NCBI GenBank assembly: GCA_045646385.1
Contig: JAZRKQ010000016.1
Span: 96,336 to 120,335 of the forward strand
Direction of reading: 5' to 3'
DNA: 24,000 nucleotides
Origin: Clostridia bacterium
GTDB lineage: Bacteria; Bacillota; Clostridia; UMGS1810
Positions 15,840 through 23,945 of the stretch are shown piece after piece (positions within the stretch are counted from its first letter, which is position 1; each line of letters starts with the position of its first letter). Both the position numbers and the translations under genes were made by a program. The notes under the pieces were generated by a model. It saw only the letters and a list, made by a program, of their open reading frames with translations. It was not told the origin of the DNA and did no database searches.

Positions 15840-16501
15840 AACGTGTTACCATTTTCGCAGGGCATTACGGAAGCGGAAAAACAAATATTGCCGTAAATTA
15901 TGCTTTAAGTATTTCTGCCTCTGGAAAACCTGTTGCTATTGCAGATTTGGATATTGTAAATCCGTATTTCAGGACGAAAGATTCTGAAAAAATATTATCA
16001 GCAAATAATATACGTCTTATATCTTCACCATATGCTAATACAAATGTTGATACCCCTGCATTACCGGCAGAGGCATATTCTGTAATACATGATAAAAATG
16101 TATATTCGGTAATAGATGTTGGTGGTGATGACAGAGGTGCATTGGCTCTTGGCAGATATATGCCTGCAATACGCGAACAAAACAATTACGAAATGATATT
16201 TGTTATAAACAAATACAGATATCTTACATCTACCCCCGAAGAAACTGTTCAAATAATGCGTGAGATTGAAATTGCTGCAGGTGCAAAATTTACATCTATT
16301 GTTAACAATTCAAATCTTGGAGAAGAAACTACTGTCGATGACGTGATTTCTTCTGTAAAATACGCTGAAAAAGTTGCTGAAATAACAGGGTTGAAAATTA
16401 AAATGACCACTGTTAAATCTGATTTAATTTCTAAATTGAATAACAAGATAGACAATCTTTTCCCGATTGAACTTTATGTAAGGCAATCGTGGCTAAAATA
16501 A
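15821..16501 (+). CDS. SIMIBI-like P-loop NTPase of unknown role
   Basis: Deviant Walker A GHYGSGKT, followed by ADLDIVNPYF and a Walker-B-like VIDVGGDD. The ATG lies 9 nt after GAGGA and overlaps the ilvE 3' end by 19 nt. Confidence 0.65.
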   Translation: MDSRDLKRVTIFAGHYGSGKTNIAVNYALSISASGKPVAIADLDIVNPYFRTKDSEKILSANNIRLISSPYANTNVDTPALPAEAYSVIHDKNVYSVIDVGGDDRGALALGRYMPAIREQNNYEMIFVINKYRYLTSTPEETVQIMREIEIAAGAKFTSIVNNSNLGEETTVDDVISSVKYAEKVAEITGLKIKMTTVKSDLISKLNNKIDNLFPIELYVRQSWLK

Positions 16502-16514
16502 GGAGGAAAAATAA

Positions 16515-16718
16515 ATGGCTAAAGTTACTTTTGACGAAAGCATTTGCAAAGGCTGCGGACTTTGCGTAGGTGCTTGTCCCAAAAAAATTGTTGCTTTGAA
16601 AGATGAACTGAATGCCAAAGGATATCATCCTGCCGGCGTTACCGATATGGAAAGTTGCATTGGTTGTGCGTTCTGCGCTACAATGTGTCCCGATTGTGTA
16701 ATTACAGTTGAAAAATAA
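16515..16718 (+). CDS. 2-oxoacid:ferredoxin oxidoreductase delta subunit (2x[4Fe-4S] ferredoxin)
   Basis: 67 aa with two CxxCxxCxxxCP motifs (CKGCGLCVGACP, CIGCAFCATMCP). AAGGAGG RBS. It lies immediately upstream of the alpha/beta/gamma subunits. Confidence 0.85.
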   Translation: MAKVTFDESICKGCGLCVGACPKKIVALKDELNAKGYHPAGVTDMESCIGCAFCATMCPDCVITVEK

Positions 16719-16731
16719 GGAGGAGAGAATT

Positions 16732-17802
16732 TTGAGCGAAAAAGTATTGATGAAAGGCAATGAAGCAATGGCAGAAGCCGCTATCATGGCCGGATGTAAA
16801 CATTATTTCGGATACCCCATTACTCCTCAGACAGAGGTTGCTGCATACATGGCAAAAAGACTTCCTAAAGTAGATGGTGGTGTATTCTTACAGGCAGAGA
16901 GCGAAATTGCTGCAATTAATATGGTAATTGGTGTTGCCGCTACAGGAAAAAGAGTTATGACCTCTTCTTCAAGTCCAGGTATTTCTTTAAAGAGTGAAGG
17001 TATTTCTTACCTTGCTGGTTGCGACTTACCTGCACTTATTGTAAACGTACAGCGTGGTGGTCCCGGTCTTGGCGGTATTCAGCCTTCACAGTCTGATTAT
17101 TTTCAGGCTACCAAGGGTGGGGGACACGGTGATTTTCATTTAATCGTTGTTGCACCTTCTTCTGTTCAGGAAATGGTTGATTTAACATCTAAATGTTTTG
17201 ATTTGGCAGATAAATACAGAATGCCTGCAATGATTCTTGCAGACGGCACTATGGGTCAGATGATGGAACCTGTTTCTTTAGAAGCAGCAGATGTTAAATC
17301 CGTTGATAAACCTTGGGCACTTACAGGTACTAAATGTGAACGTGAGCCAAATATTGTTAACTCACTTTTCTTAAAGCCTGATGAATTGGAGCAGTTTAAC
17401 ATTGAAAGATTCAAACGCTACAAAGAGATTGAAGCAAACGAAGTTATGTATGAAGAATATATGATGGATGATGCTGAAATTTGTATTGTTGCTTTTGGTG
17501 TTGCAGCAAGAGTATCTCAGAATGCTATTGATGAAGCACGCAAAAAAGGTATTAAAGTTGGTATGATAAGACCTATTACATTGTGGCCTTTCCCGAAAGA
17601 TGTTCTTAATAAGGCGGCAGATAAAGTAAAAGCATTTATTTCTGTTGAACTTAATATGGGACAGATGCTTGAAGATATTGAACTTGCTACACGCTGCAAA
17701 AAACCTGTACTTCTTTGCAGCAGAACAGGCGGTATGATTCACACAACTGAAAACATTCTTGATTCTATAGAAGAAGCACAGAAAATCGGAGGTGATAAAT
17801 AA
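16732..17802 (+). CDS. 2-oxoacid:ferredoxin oxidoreductase alpha subunit
   Basis: The N-terminus KGNEAMAEAAIMAGCKHYFGYPITPQTE is typical of Kor/Vor/Por alpha subunits. TTG at 16732, 6 nt after AAGGAGGAG, is preferred over the ORF-track start at 16708. ATG at 16750 is an alternative. Confidence 0.85.
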   Translation: MSEKVLMKGNEAMAEAAIMAGCKHYFGYPITPQTEVAAYMAKRLPKVDGGVFLQAESEIAAINMVIGVAATGKRVMTSSSSPGISLKSEGISYLAGCDLPALIVNVQRGGPGLGGIQPSQSDYFQATKGGGHGDFHLIVVAPSSVQEMVDLTSKCFDLADKYRMPAMILADGTMGQMMEPVSLEAADVKSVDKPWALTGTKCEREPNIVNSLFLKPDELEQFNIERFKRYKEIEANEVMYEEYMMDDAEICIVAFGVAARVSQNAIDEARKKGIKVGMIRPITLWPFPKDVLNKAADKVKAFISVELNMGQMLEDIELATRCKKPVLLCSRTGGMIHTTENILDSIEEAQKIGGDK

Positions 17803-18554
17803 TGGTAGTATTTGAAAAACCTAAAGCACTTACAGAAAACACTTTGCATTATTGTCCCGGTTGTACACATGGTATTATTCATCGTTTAGTTGCAGAAGCA
17901 ATTGATGAATTAGGTATTAGAGGAAGAACAATCGGTGTTGCATCTGTTGGATGCTCAGTATTTACATATAATTACTTTAATGTTGATATGGTTCAGGCAG
18001 CACACGGCAGAGCGCCTGCTGTTGCTACCGGTGTTAAACGCTCAGATAGTAATAACATTGTATTTACATATCAGGGCGATGGCGATTTGGCTGCTATTGG
18101 CACTGCTGAAACAGTTCACTCTGCTGCAAGAGGCGAAAATATTACCGTTATTTTTGTAAATAATGCAATTTACGGTATGACTGGCGGTCAGATGGCTCCG
18201 ACAACTCTGCCCGGACAGGTAACACAGACTTCGCCGTACGGAAGAGATGTCGACAAAGTTGGTTACCCCATTAAAGTTTGTGAAATGCTTTCTAAGGTTG
18301 ACGGTGCTACTTATCTTGAAAGAGTTGCTGTCAATAATGTTAAAAATATTAAAAAAGCAAAAGAAGCAATTAAAAAGGCTTTCCAGAATCAGATTGAAGG
18401 CAAAGGATTTTCTTTAGTAGAAGTACTTTCTACTTGTCCTACAAACTGGGGTAAAACTCCTGAAGATTCTCTTAAATGGCTTGAAAGCGAAATGATGCCT
18501 TACTATCCATTGGGAGTTTACAAGGACAAATACGCAGACGGGGAGGCAAAATAA
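17802..18554 (+). CDS. 2-oxoacid:ferredoxin oxidoreductase beta subunit (TPP-binding)
   Basis: YCPGCTHG cysteine motif and GDGD...NN TPP-binding region. The start overlaps the alpha-subunit stop (TAATG). Confidence 0.9.
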   Translation: MVVFEKPKALTENTLHYCPGCTHGIIHRLVAEAIDELGIRGRTIGVASVGCSVFTYNYFNVDMVQAAHGRAPAVATGVKRSDSNNIVFTYQGDGDLAAIGTAETVHSAARGENITVIFVNNAIYGMTGGQMAPTTLPGQVTQTSPYGRDVDKVGYPIKVCEMLSKVDGATYLERVAVNNVKNIKKAKEAIKKAFQNQIEGKGFSLVEVLSTCPTNWGKTPEDSLKWLESEMMPYYPLGVYKDKYADGEAK

Positions 18555-19084
18555 TGAGTAAACAGATGTTAATTGCCGGATTTGGCGGACAGGGAGTTCT
18601 TTTCGCAGGAAAATTTATTGCTTATGCAGGACTCATTGAAGAAAAAGAAGTTAGTTGGTTGCCATCTTACGGTCCGGAAATGCGTGGAGGTACCGCAAAC
18701 TGCAGCGTAATTTTGAGCGATACCAAAGTAGGTTCCCCAATCGTTGATAAACCTGATATTTTAGTTGCTTTAAACGCACCGTCACTTGATAAATATGAAA
18801 ATGATGTTGTTTCAGGAGGTCATATTTTTGTTGATAGTTCTCTCATTGACAGAAAGGTTAACCGTACTGATGTAAATGTGCACTATATTCCTGCATCTAA
18901 AATGGCGTCGGACGAAAATTTAAGTGGCCTTGCAAATATGATTATGATGGGACATATGATTAAACATAGCGATGTAATTGAATATGATAGCATTGAAAAA
19001 TCTATGGCCAAAGTAGTTTCTGCAAAAAAACAAAATCTTTTTGATGCTAATAAAAAGGCTGTGGAACTGGGATATAACTATTAA
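18554..19084 (+). CDS. 2-oxoacid:ferredoxin oxidoreductase gamma subunit
   Basis: N-terminal [10 protein letters not shown] motif and SYGPEMRGG, typical of gamma subunits. The start overlaps the beta-subunit stop (TAATG). Confidence 0.9.
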   Translation: MSKQMLIAGFGGQGVLFAGKFIAYAGLIEEKEVSWLPSYGPEMRGGTANCSVILSDTKVGSPIVDKPDILVALNAPSLDKYENDVVSGGHIFVDSSLIDRKVNRTDVNVHYIPASKMASDENLSGLANMIMMGHMIKHSDVIEYDSIEKSMAKVVSAKKQNLFDANKKAVELGYNY

Positions 19085-19098
19085 GGAGGGGACGCCTT

Positions 19099-19650
19099 GT
19101 GAATAACCAGATTAAAGATATCGGTATGCGTCTGGCTTTTTTGCGCGAAGATATGGAACTTACTACTGCACAAATGGCAGAGAAATTAGATGTTGATGAG
19201 GCAACATATATTTCTTATGAAAAAGGCGAGATGGATTTTTCATTTAGTTTTATTTATAATGCTGCTGATCATCTTGGTGTTGATGTTCTGGATTTAATCA
19301 GCGGTGATGCTCCTACACTTTCTATGTGTACAATGGTTGAAAAAGGGAATGGATATTCAGTTAAAAGAGAGCATGAGTATGATTATAAGCATCTTGCTTA
19401 CACCTTCAGAAATAAAAAGGCTGAACCATTTCTTGTAACAATAACCCCTGACGAAAAACCGCCTGTTATGAAATGTCATGAAGGACAGGAATTTAACTAC
19501 GTGCTTTCCGGAAAGATGAAATTCTTTATAGGAGATATTTCATATGAACTTTCCAAAGGTGATAGCGTTTATTTTGATTCCGGAATACCTCACGCGGAAG
19601 TTGCCCTTGGTGATAAACAGGCTCAGTTTATCGCCGTAGTAATTAAATAA
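19099..19650 (+). CDS. XRE-family HTH transcriptional regulator with C-terminal cupin domain
   Basis: 183 aa. It aligns over its whole length with aa ~20-203 of the fusion at 4309-6600 (MAEK...FIY.A...L.V.V.D.I; KHLAY.F.N..AEPF; GDSVYFDSGIPH). GTG start lies 7 nt after AAGGAGGGG. Confidence 0.85.
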   Translation: MNNQIKDIGMRLAFLREDMELTTAQMAEKLDVDEATYISYEKGEMDFSFSFIYNAADHLGVDVLDLISGDAPTLSMCTMVEKGNGYSVKREHEYDYKHLAYTFRNKKAEPFLVTITPDEKPPVMKCHEGQEFNYVLSGKMKFFIGDISYELSKGDSVYFDSGIPHAEVALGDKQAQFIAVVIK

Positions 19651-19665
19651 CTTTCGGAGGCTTGA

Positions 19666-21363
19666 TTGAAAATGGCAATATATGAAAAATTTGTTGGCGC
19701 ATCAAGAGATGATTTTATCTCTCTTGAAGACGCACAACGAAATTATAACCTTACATATGAAGAAGATTTTAACTTTGCATATGATGTCATTGATGAACTT
19801 GGTACTACCAAGCCCGACAAATTGGCATTATTGTATTTATCTTCTTCAGGTGAAGAAAAACGCTTTACATTCCGTGATATGATGCTTATGTCTAATAAGG
19901 CTGCGAATTATTTTAAGTATATGGGAATCAAAAAAGGCGATAGAGTTTTGCTGGTTATGAAGCGTAGTTATTATTTCTGGATTTGTGTTTTAGCACTTCA
20001 CAAAATTGGTGCTATTATGATTCAAGCAACAAATATGCTTAAGGCTAAGGATTATGTTTATCGTTGTAATGCTGCCAAAATCAATGCTGTAATTTTAACC
20101 GGCGATGGTATGGAAACTGAATATTTTGATGAGGGCGGTGACCAATACGAGACCGTTACAAAAAAATTTGTATTAGGTCATAAAAAGGCAGGACATGATT
20201 GGATAGATTTTGAAACGGGCTTTGAAATGGCAAGTGATCAATGGGAAAAGCCCCGCGGTAAAGATAAACCTATGGCTGACGATACTATGCTTATGGCCTT
20301 TTCATCTGGTACTACCGGTTATCCCAAAATTATTTCTCATAACTTCAAATATCCATTAGGGCATATTATGACTGGTGTATTTTGGCATAGAGTTGTAGAT
20401 GGTGGTTTGCATTTTACAATTTCTGATACCGGATGGCTTAAATCTCTTTGGGGTAAATTCTACGGTCAATGGTTTGGTGAATCTGCAATTTTGGTATATG
20501 ATTTTGAAAAGTTTGATGGTGCTGATATACTTTCTAAACTTGAAAAATATAAAGTTACTACTTTCTGTGTTCCGCCTACCATGTATCGCATGATGTTGCA
20601 AAACGATGTTAGTAAATATGATTTATCATCACTTACTCATTGCTGTTCTGCAGGTGAAGCATTAAACCCTGAGATCTTCAATAAGTGGCTCGATGCTACA
20701 GGTTTAAAAATTTATGAGGGTTTTGGACAGACAGAAACCGCTGTTTGTATTGCTACTATTGAACCTTGGACAGAACCTATCCCCGGTACAATGGGATTCC
20801 CCGTTCCCGGTTTTGATGTTCATATTCTCGATGAAAATAACAAATTCGTACAACGTGGTACAACCGGCGAAATATGCATACGTGTACTTAGCGCAAAACG
20901 TAAATCGTGTGGCCTTTTAGACAGTTACAACTTAAATAGCGAGGAAACAAAAAAGGCCATGTACGGTGGATTTTATCATACCGGTGATACTGCTTACCGT
21001 GATGAAAAAGGAATGTTTAGATATGTGGGTAGAAATGACGATGTAATTAAGTCATCTGGTTACCGCATTGGTCCTTTTGAGATTGAAAGTGTTATGTTGG
21101 AACATCCTGCAGTTATGGAAGTTGCAGTCACTGGTGTTCCTGATCCGGTTCGTGGGTTTGCAGTTAAGGCAACGGTGGTTCTTAGCGATGATTATGAGGG
21201 CAGTGATGAACTTACCAAGGAACTTCAATCATACGTTAAAACTAATACTGCTCCCTATAAATATCCAAGAATTGTGGAATATGTTAAAGAACTTCCAAAA
21301 ACTTTTAATGGCAAAATCCGCAGAGCAGAAATCCGTAATAAAGATAATGAACCCAAATTATAA
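19666..21363 (+). CDS. AMP-forming (ACSM/MACS-type) acyl-CoA synthetase
   Basis: Motifs FSSGTTGYPK, GFGQTET, YHTGD, GRNDDVIKSSGYRIGPFEIE and NGKIRR. It is a paralog of the ligase part of 4309-6600, with roughly half the residues identical by eye. The start is TTG at 19666 or ATG at 19672, after GGAGG. Confidence 0.9.
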   Translation: MKMAIYEKFVGASRDDFISLEDAQRNYNLTYEEDFNFAYDVIDELGTTKPDKLALLYLSSSGEEKRFTFRDMMLMSNKAANYFKYMGIKKGDRVLLVMKRSYYFWICVLALHKIGAIMIQATNMLKAKDYVYRCNAAKINAVILTGDGMETEYFDEGGDQYETVTKKFVLGHKKAGHDWIDFETGFEMASDQWEKPRGKDKPMADDTMLMAFSSGTTGYPKIISHNFKYPLGHIMTGVFWHRVVDGGLHFTISDTGWLKSLWGKFYGQWFGESAILVYDFEKFDGADILSKLEKYKVTTFCVPPTMYRMMLQNDVSKYDLSSLTHCCSAGEALNPEIFNKWLDATGLKIYEGFGQTETAVCIATIEPWTEPIPGTMGFPVPGFDVHILDENNKFVQRGTTGEICIRVLSAKRKSCGLLDSYNLNSEETKKAMYGGFYHTGDTAYRDEKGMFRYVGRNDDVIKSSGYRIGPFEIESVMLEHPAVMEVAVTGVPDPVRGFAVKATVVLSDDYEGSDELTKELQSYVKTNTAPYKYPRIVEYVKELPKTFNGKIRRAEIRNKDNEPKL

Positions 21364-21382
21364 GAAGGTGTAATTTAATTAA

Positions 21383-22249
21383 ATGACAGATGTAAAAATA
21401 ACTGATGTGCGTGTTCATCCCGGTGATAGCGGTTTCTTAGTTGATGATGGCGAAACATCAATACTATATGATTCAGGTTTTGCTTTTACCGGAAGCGGAA
21501 TGGTTAATAAAATCAAAGAACAACTTGGAAACAGAAAATTAGATTACATATTCCTTACACATTCTCATTACGATCATGTGCTTGGCGCTCTTTATGCAAT
21601 GAGGCAATGGCCTGATGCAAAAGTAATTGCAGGTGAATATGCTGCAAAGATTTTTTGCAAACCATCTGCAAAATCTGTTATGCGTAAACTTGACCAAAAG
21701 TTTGCAACTACCTGTGGAGCAGAACCGTATGAAGATATAATTGACGAACTCAGAGTTGACATTACCGTCAACGATGGTGATATTATAAATGCCGGAAAAA
21801 TGACATATAAAGTTGTTGATTTACCGGGACACACTAAATGTTCTGTTGGTTTTTATCTTGTTGGGAAAAAACTTTTACTAAGTACCGAAACTCTCGGTAT
21901 ATATGCCGGAAACGAAATTATATTGCCATCATTTTTAGTGGGTTATGAGATGACACTTAACTCTATTAAAAAAGTGGAAAATATGGATGTTGAGAATATT
22001 TTGGTGCCGCATTACGGTTTGCTAGACAGAGAACACACAAAAGTGTTTTTGAAAAAAGCAAAAGAAGTTGCACATATAACTGCAGAAGATTTTTCTGCAA
22101 GGATAAAAAAAGGGCAGACAGATGAGGAATTAATAGAATATTTCAAATCATTATATTATCACGATTACATTAGGGTTATTTACCCTATAGATGCTATTGA
22201 ACTTAATACAAGTTGTATGATTAACTTAATAAAACGAGAGTGTTTATAA
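21383..22249 (+). CDS. MBL-fold metallo-hydrolase
   Basis: 288 aa with the canonical HSHYDH (HxHxDH) zinc motif, followed by GHT and a later His. GAAGGTG RBS. It is the last gene before the terminator. Confidence 0.85.
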   Translation: MTDVKITDVRVHPGDSGFLVDDGETSILYDSGFAFTGSGMVNKIKEQLGNRKLDYIFLTHSHYDHVLGALYAMRQWPDAKVIAGEYAAKIFCKPSAKSVMRKLDQKFATTCGAEPYEDIIDELRVDITVNDGDIINAGKMTYKVVDLPGHTKCSVGFYLVGKKLLLSTETLGIYAGNEIILPSFLVGYEMTLNSIKKVENMDVENILVPHYGLLDREHTKVFLKKAKEVAHITAEDFSARIKKGQTDEELIEYFKSLYYHDYIRVIYPIDAIELNTSCMINLIKRECL

Positions 22250-22252
22250 ATT

Positions 22253-22284
22253 AAAAAGCGTATTGCATAAGCAATACGCTTTTT
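22253..22284. terminator. Bidirectional rho-independent terminator
   Basis: GCGTATTGC (22258-22266), loop ATAA, GCAATACGC (22271-22279), flanked by A5 and T5. It lies between the convergent MBL-hydrolase and sigH genes. Confidence 0.85.
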
Positions 22285-22924
22285 AATTTTCAACATTTTT
22301 AGTTTGCAGATATTTTTCCACTTTCTTTTTAATCCGCTGCAGAGCGTTATCAATTGATTTTTCGCTTTTGTCAAGACGTTTAGCAATTTCACTATAACTT
22401 TTACCATCTAAAAAAAGATTCATTACCTTCCATTCAAATTTACTTAATACCTCTGACATTTTTGTAAGAATGGAAGAAAAATGCTCTTTTGTTATCATAA
22501 TCTCTTCAGGATTAAAATTTTCTTTCTCAGCAATCATATCAATCATCATACGTTCGGATTCTTCGTCATAAACAGATTTATTTAGAGATATATATGAATT
22601 TAAGGGAATATGTTTTTGTCTGGTGGCTGTTTTAATGGCGGTTATTATCTGACGTGTAATACATATTTCAGCAAATCCTCTGAATGATGCAGGTTTGGTT
22701 GTGTCATAATCACGTATGGCTTTATAAAGGCCTATCATACCTTCCTGAATGATATCCTCTTTATCGGCTCCGATTAAAAAATATGTTCTTGCACGTGACT
22801 TAACAAAATTTTTGTATTTATTAATAATATAATCAGTGGCAATACTGTCGCCTGATTTTGCTATTGCCACAATTTCTTCATCGCTTAATTTATTGTATTG
22901 CGAAGGTGTTTCTGGAAATGACAT
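22283..22924 (-). CDS. sigH: RNA polymerase sporulation sigma factor SigH
   Basis: 213 aa. YFLIGADKEDIIQEGMIGLYKAIRDY...FAEICITRQIITAIKTATRQKHIPLNSY is nearly identical to my recollection of B. subtilis Spo0H/SigH region 2. Confidence 0.9.
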   Translation of the reverse strand: MSFPETPSQYNKLSDEEIVAIAKSGDSIATDYIINKYKNFVKSRARTYFLIGADKEDIIQEGMIGLYKAIRDYDTTKPASFRGFAEICITRQIITAIKTATRQKHIPLNSYISLNKSVYDEESERMMIDMIAEKENFNPEEIMITKEHFSSILTKMSEVLSKFEWKVMNLFLDGKSYSEIAKRLDKSEKSIDNALQRIKKKVEKYLQTKNVEN

Positions 22925-22956
22925 AGTATCGCCGCCTTTCTATGCAAGATAATAAT

Positions 22957-22985
22957 ATTTTAAACAAGTTTTTGTTTTTTGTCAA
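22957..22985 (-). promoter_or_regulatory. Sigma-A promoter for sigH
   Basis: Minus strand: TTGACA (22985-22980), a 17-nt spacer, then TAAAAT (22962-22957). Confidence 0.55.
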
Positions 22986-22993
22986 GGAATATG

Positions 22994-23022
22994 TAATATT
23001 AAAACACATAGCGGCATATTAT
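22994..23022 (+). promoter_or_regulatory. Candidate sigma-E-type promoter for the spoIIIA operon
   Basis: TAATATT (22994-23000), a 14-nt spacer, then CATATTAT (23015-23022), compared with the recalled consensus kmATATT-14-CATACAmT. Confidence 0.45.
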
Positions 23023-23039
23023 TTATCGAGGTGGATACA

Positions 23040-23945
23040 ATGGACAAAATTAATATTAAAGAACTTTTAAATTACATATCTCCAAATCTGCGTGAATGCT
23101 TGTTGAATATAGATGCAAGATTGTGGGATAAAGCAGAAGAGATACGTATTTCACTTGGGAAACCTGCTATGTTATGTTATAACGACGGATTTGAATATAT
23201 ATATAAACAAGACGAGCCCTTTATTTGTGATGTGCGTACTGTTAAAGAAACAATGATGCTTATTACGGATAGTTCCATATATGCCGCAAACGAGAAAATG
23301 ATTAATGGCTATATAACCCTTAAAGGAGGACATAGAGCAGGAATATGTGGTTGCACTGTGATAAACGATGGGAAAATATCTGCAATAAAAGATATATCTT
23401 CTATAAACATCAGAATTAAAAGGGAAATTATTGGTGCCGCCGATAAAGTGATTAATTATATTTATAATAAAGAACACATACAAAACACACTCATAATATC
23501 GCCCCCGCAATGCGGAAAAACCACTTTGTTACGCGATATTGCCAGAATACTTGGAAGAAACCGAAGAGTATCGATTGTAGATGAAAGAAGTGAAATTGCT
23601 GCAATGTATAATGGTATAGCACAAAATGATATTGGGTTACGTACAAACGTTCTCGATAATTGTCCTAAACAAATAGGGATACCATTGGTTATTCGCAGTA
23701 TGTCACCGGAAGTTGTAATAACGGACGAAATTGGTGCGGATAGTGACGCAGATGTTATAAAATATGCAGCAACAAGTGGCGTAAAAATAATTACGTCTGC
23801 GCATGGCCTTGATATAAATGATATGATGCGCCAAAAATCACTTAAAAATATAATTGGTTTTTTTGATGTTTTTATTTCACTTACGAATATCGGCGGAACA
23901 GGAAGTGTTTCCAATATAATACGGAGGAAAGAACTTGATATTTAA
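23040..23945 (+). CDS. spoIIIAA: Stage III sporulation protein AA (ATPase)
   Basis: Walker A PPQCGKTTLLRD and Walker B VVITDEIG, with length and context typical of SpoIIIAA. ATG at 23040, 6 nt after GAGGTG, is preferred over GTG at 23031. Confidence 0.9.
   Translation: MDKINIKELLNYISPNLRECLLNIDARLWDKAEEIRISLGKPAMLCYNDGFEYIYKQDEPFICDVRTVKETMMLITDSSIYAANEKMINGYITLKGGHRAGICGCTVINDGKISAIKDISSINIRIKREIIGAADKVINYIYNKEHIQNTLIISPPQCGKTTLLRDIARILGRNRRVSIVDERSEIAAMYNGIAQNDIGLRTNVLDNCPKQIGIPLVIRSMSPEVVITDEIGADSDADVIKYAATSGVKIITSAHGLDINDMMRQKSLKNIIGFFDVFISLTNIGGTGSVSNIIRRKELDI

Noticed and set aside
16515-19084. Calling the OFOR outright as 2-oxoglutarate:ferredoxin oxidoreductase (korDABC) on the basis of gene order.
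   Set aside because: Gene order alone does not determine substrate, and the context with IlvE and short-chain ligases points elsewhere. It is therefore kept generic in the feature list and raised as an open question.
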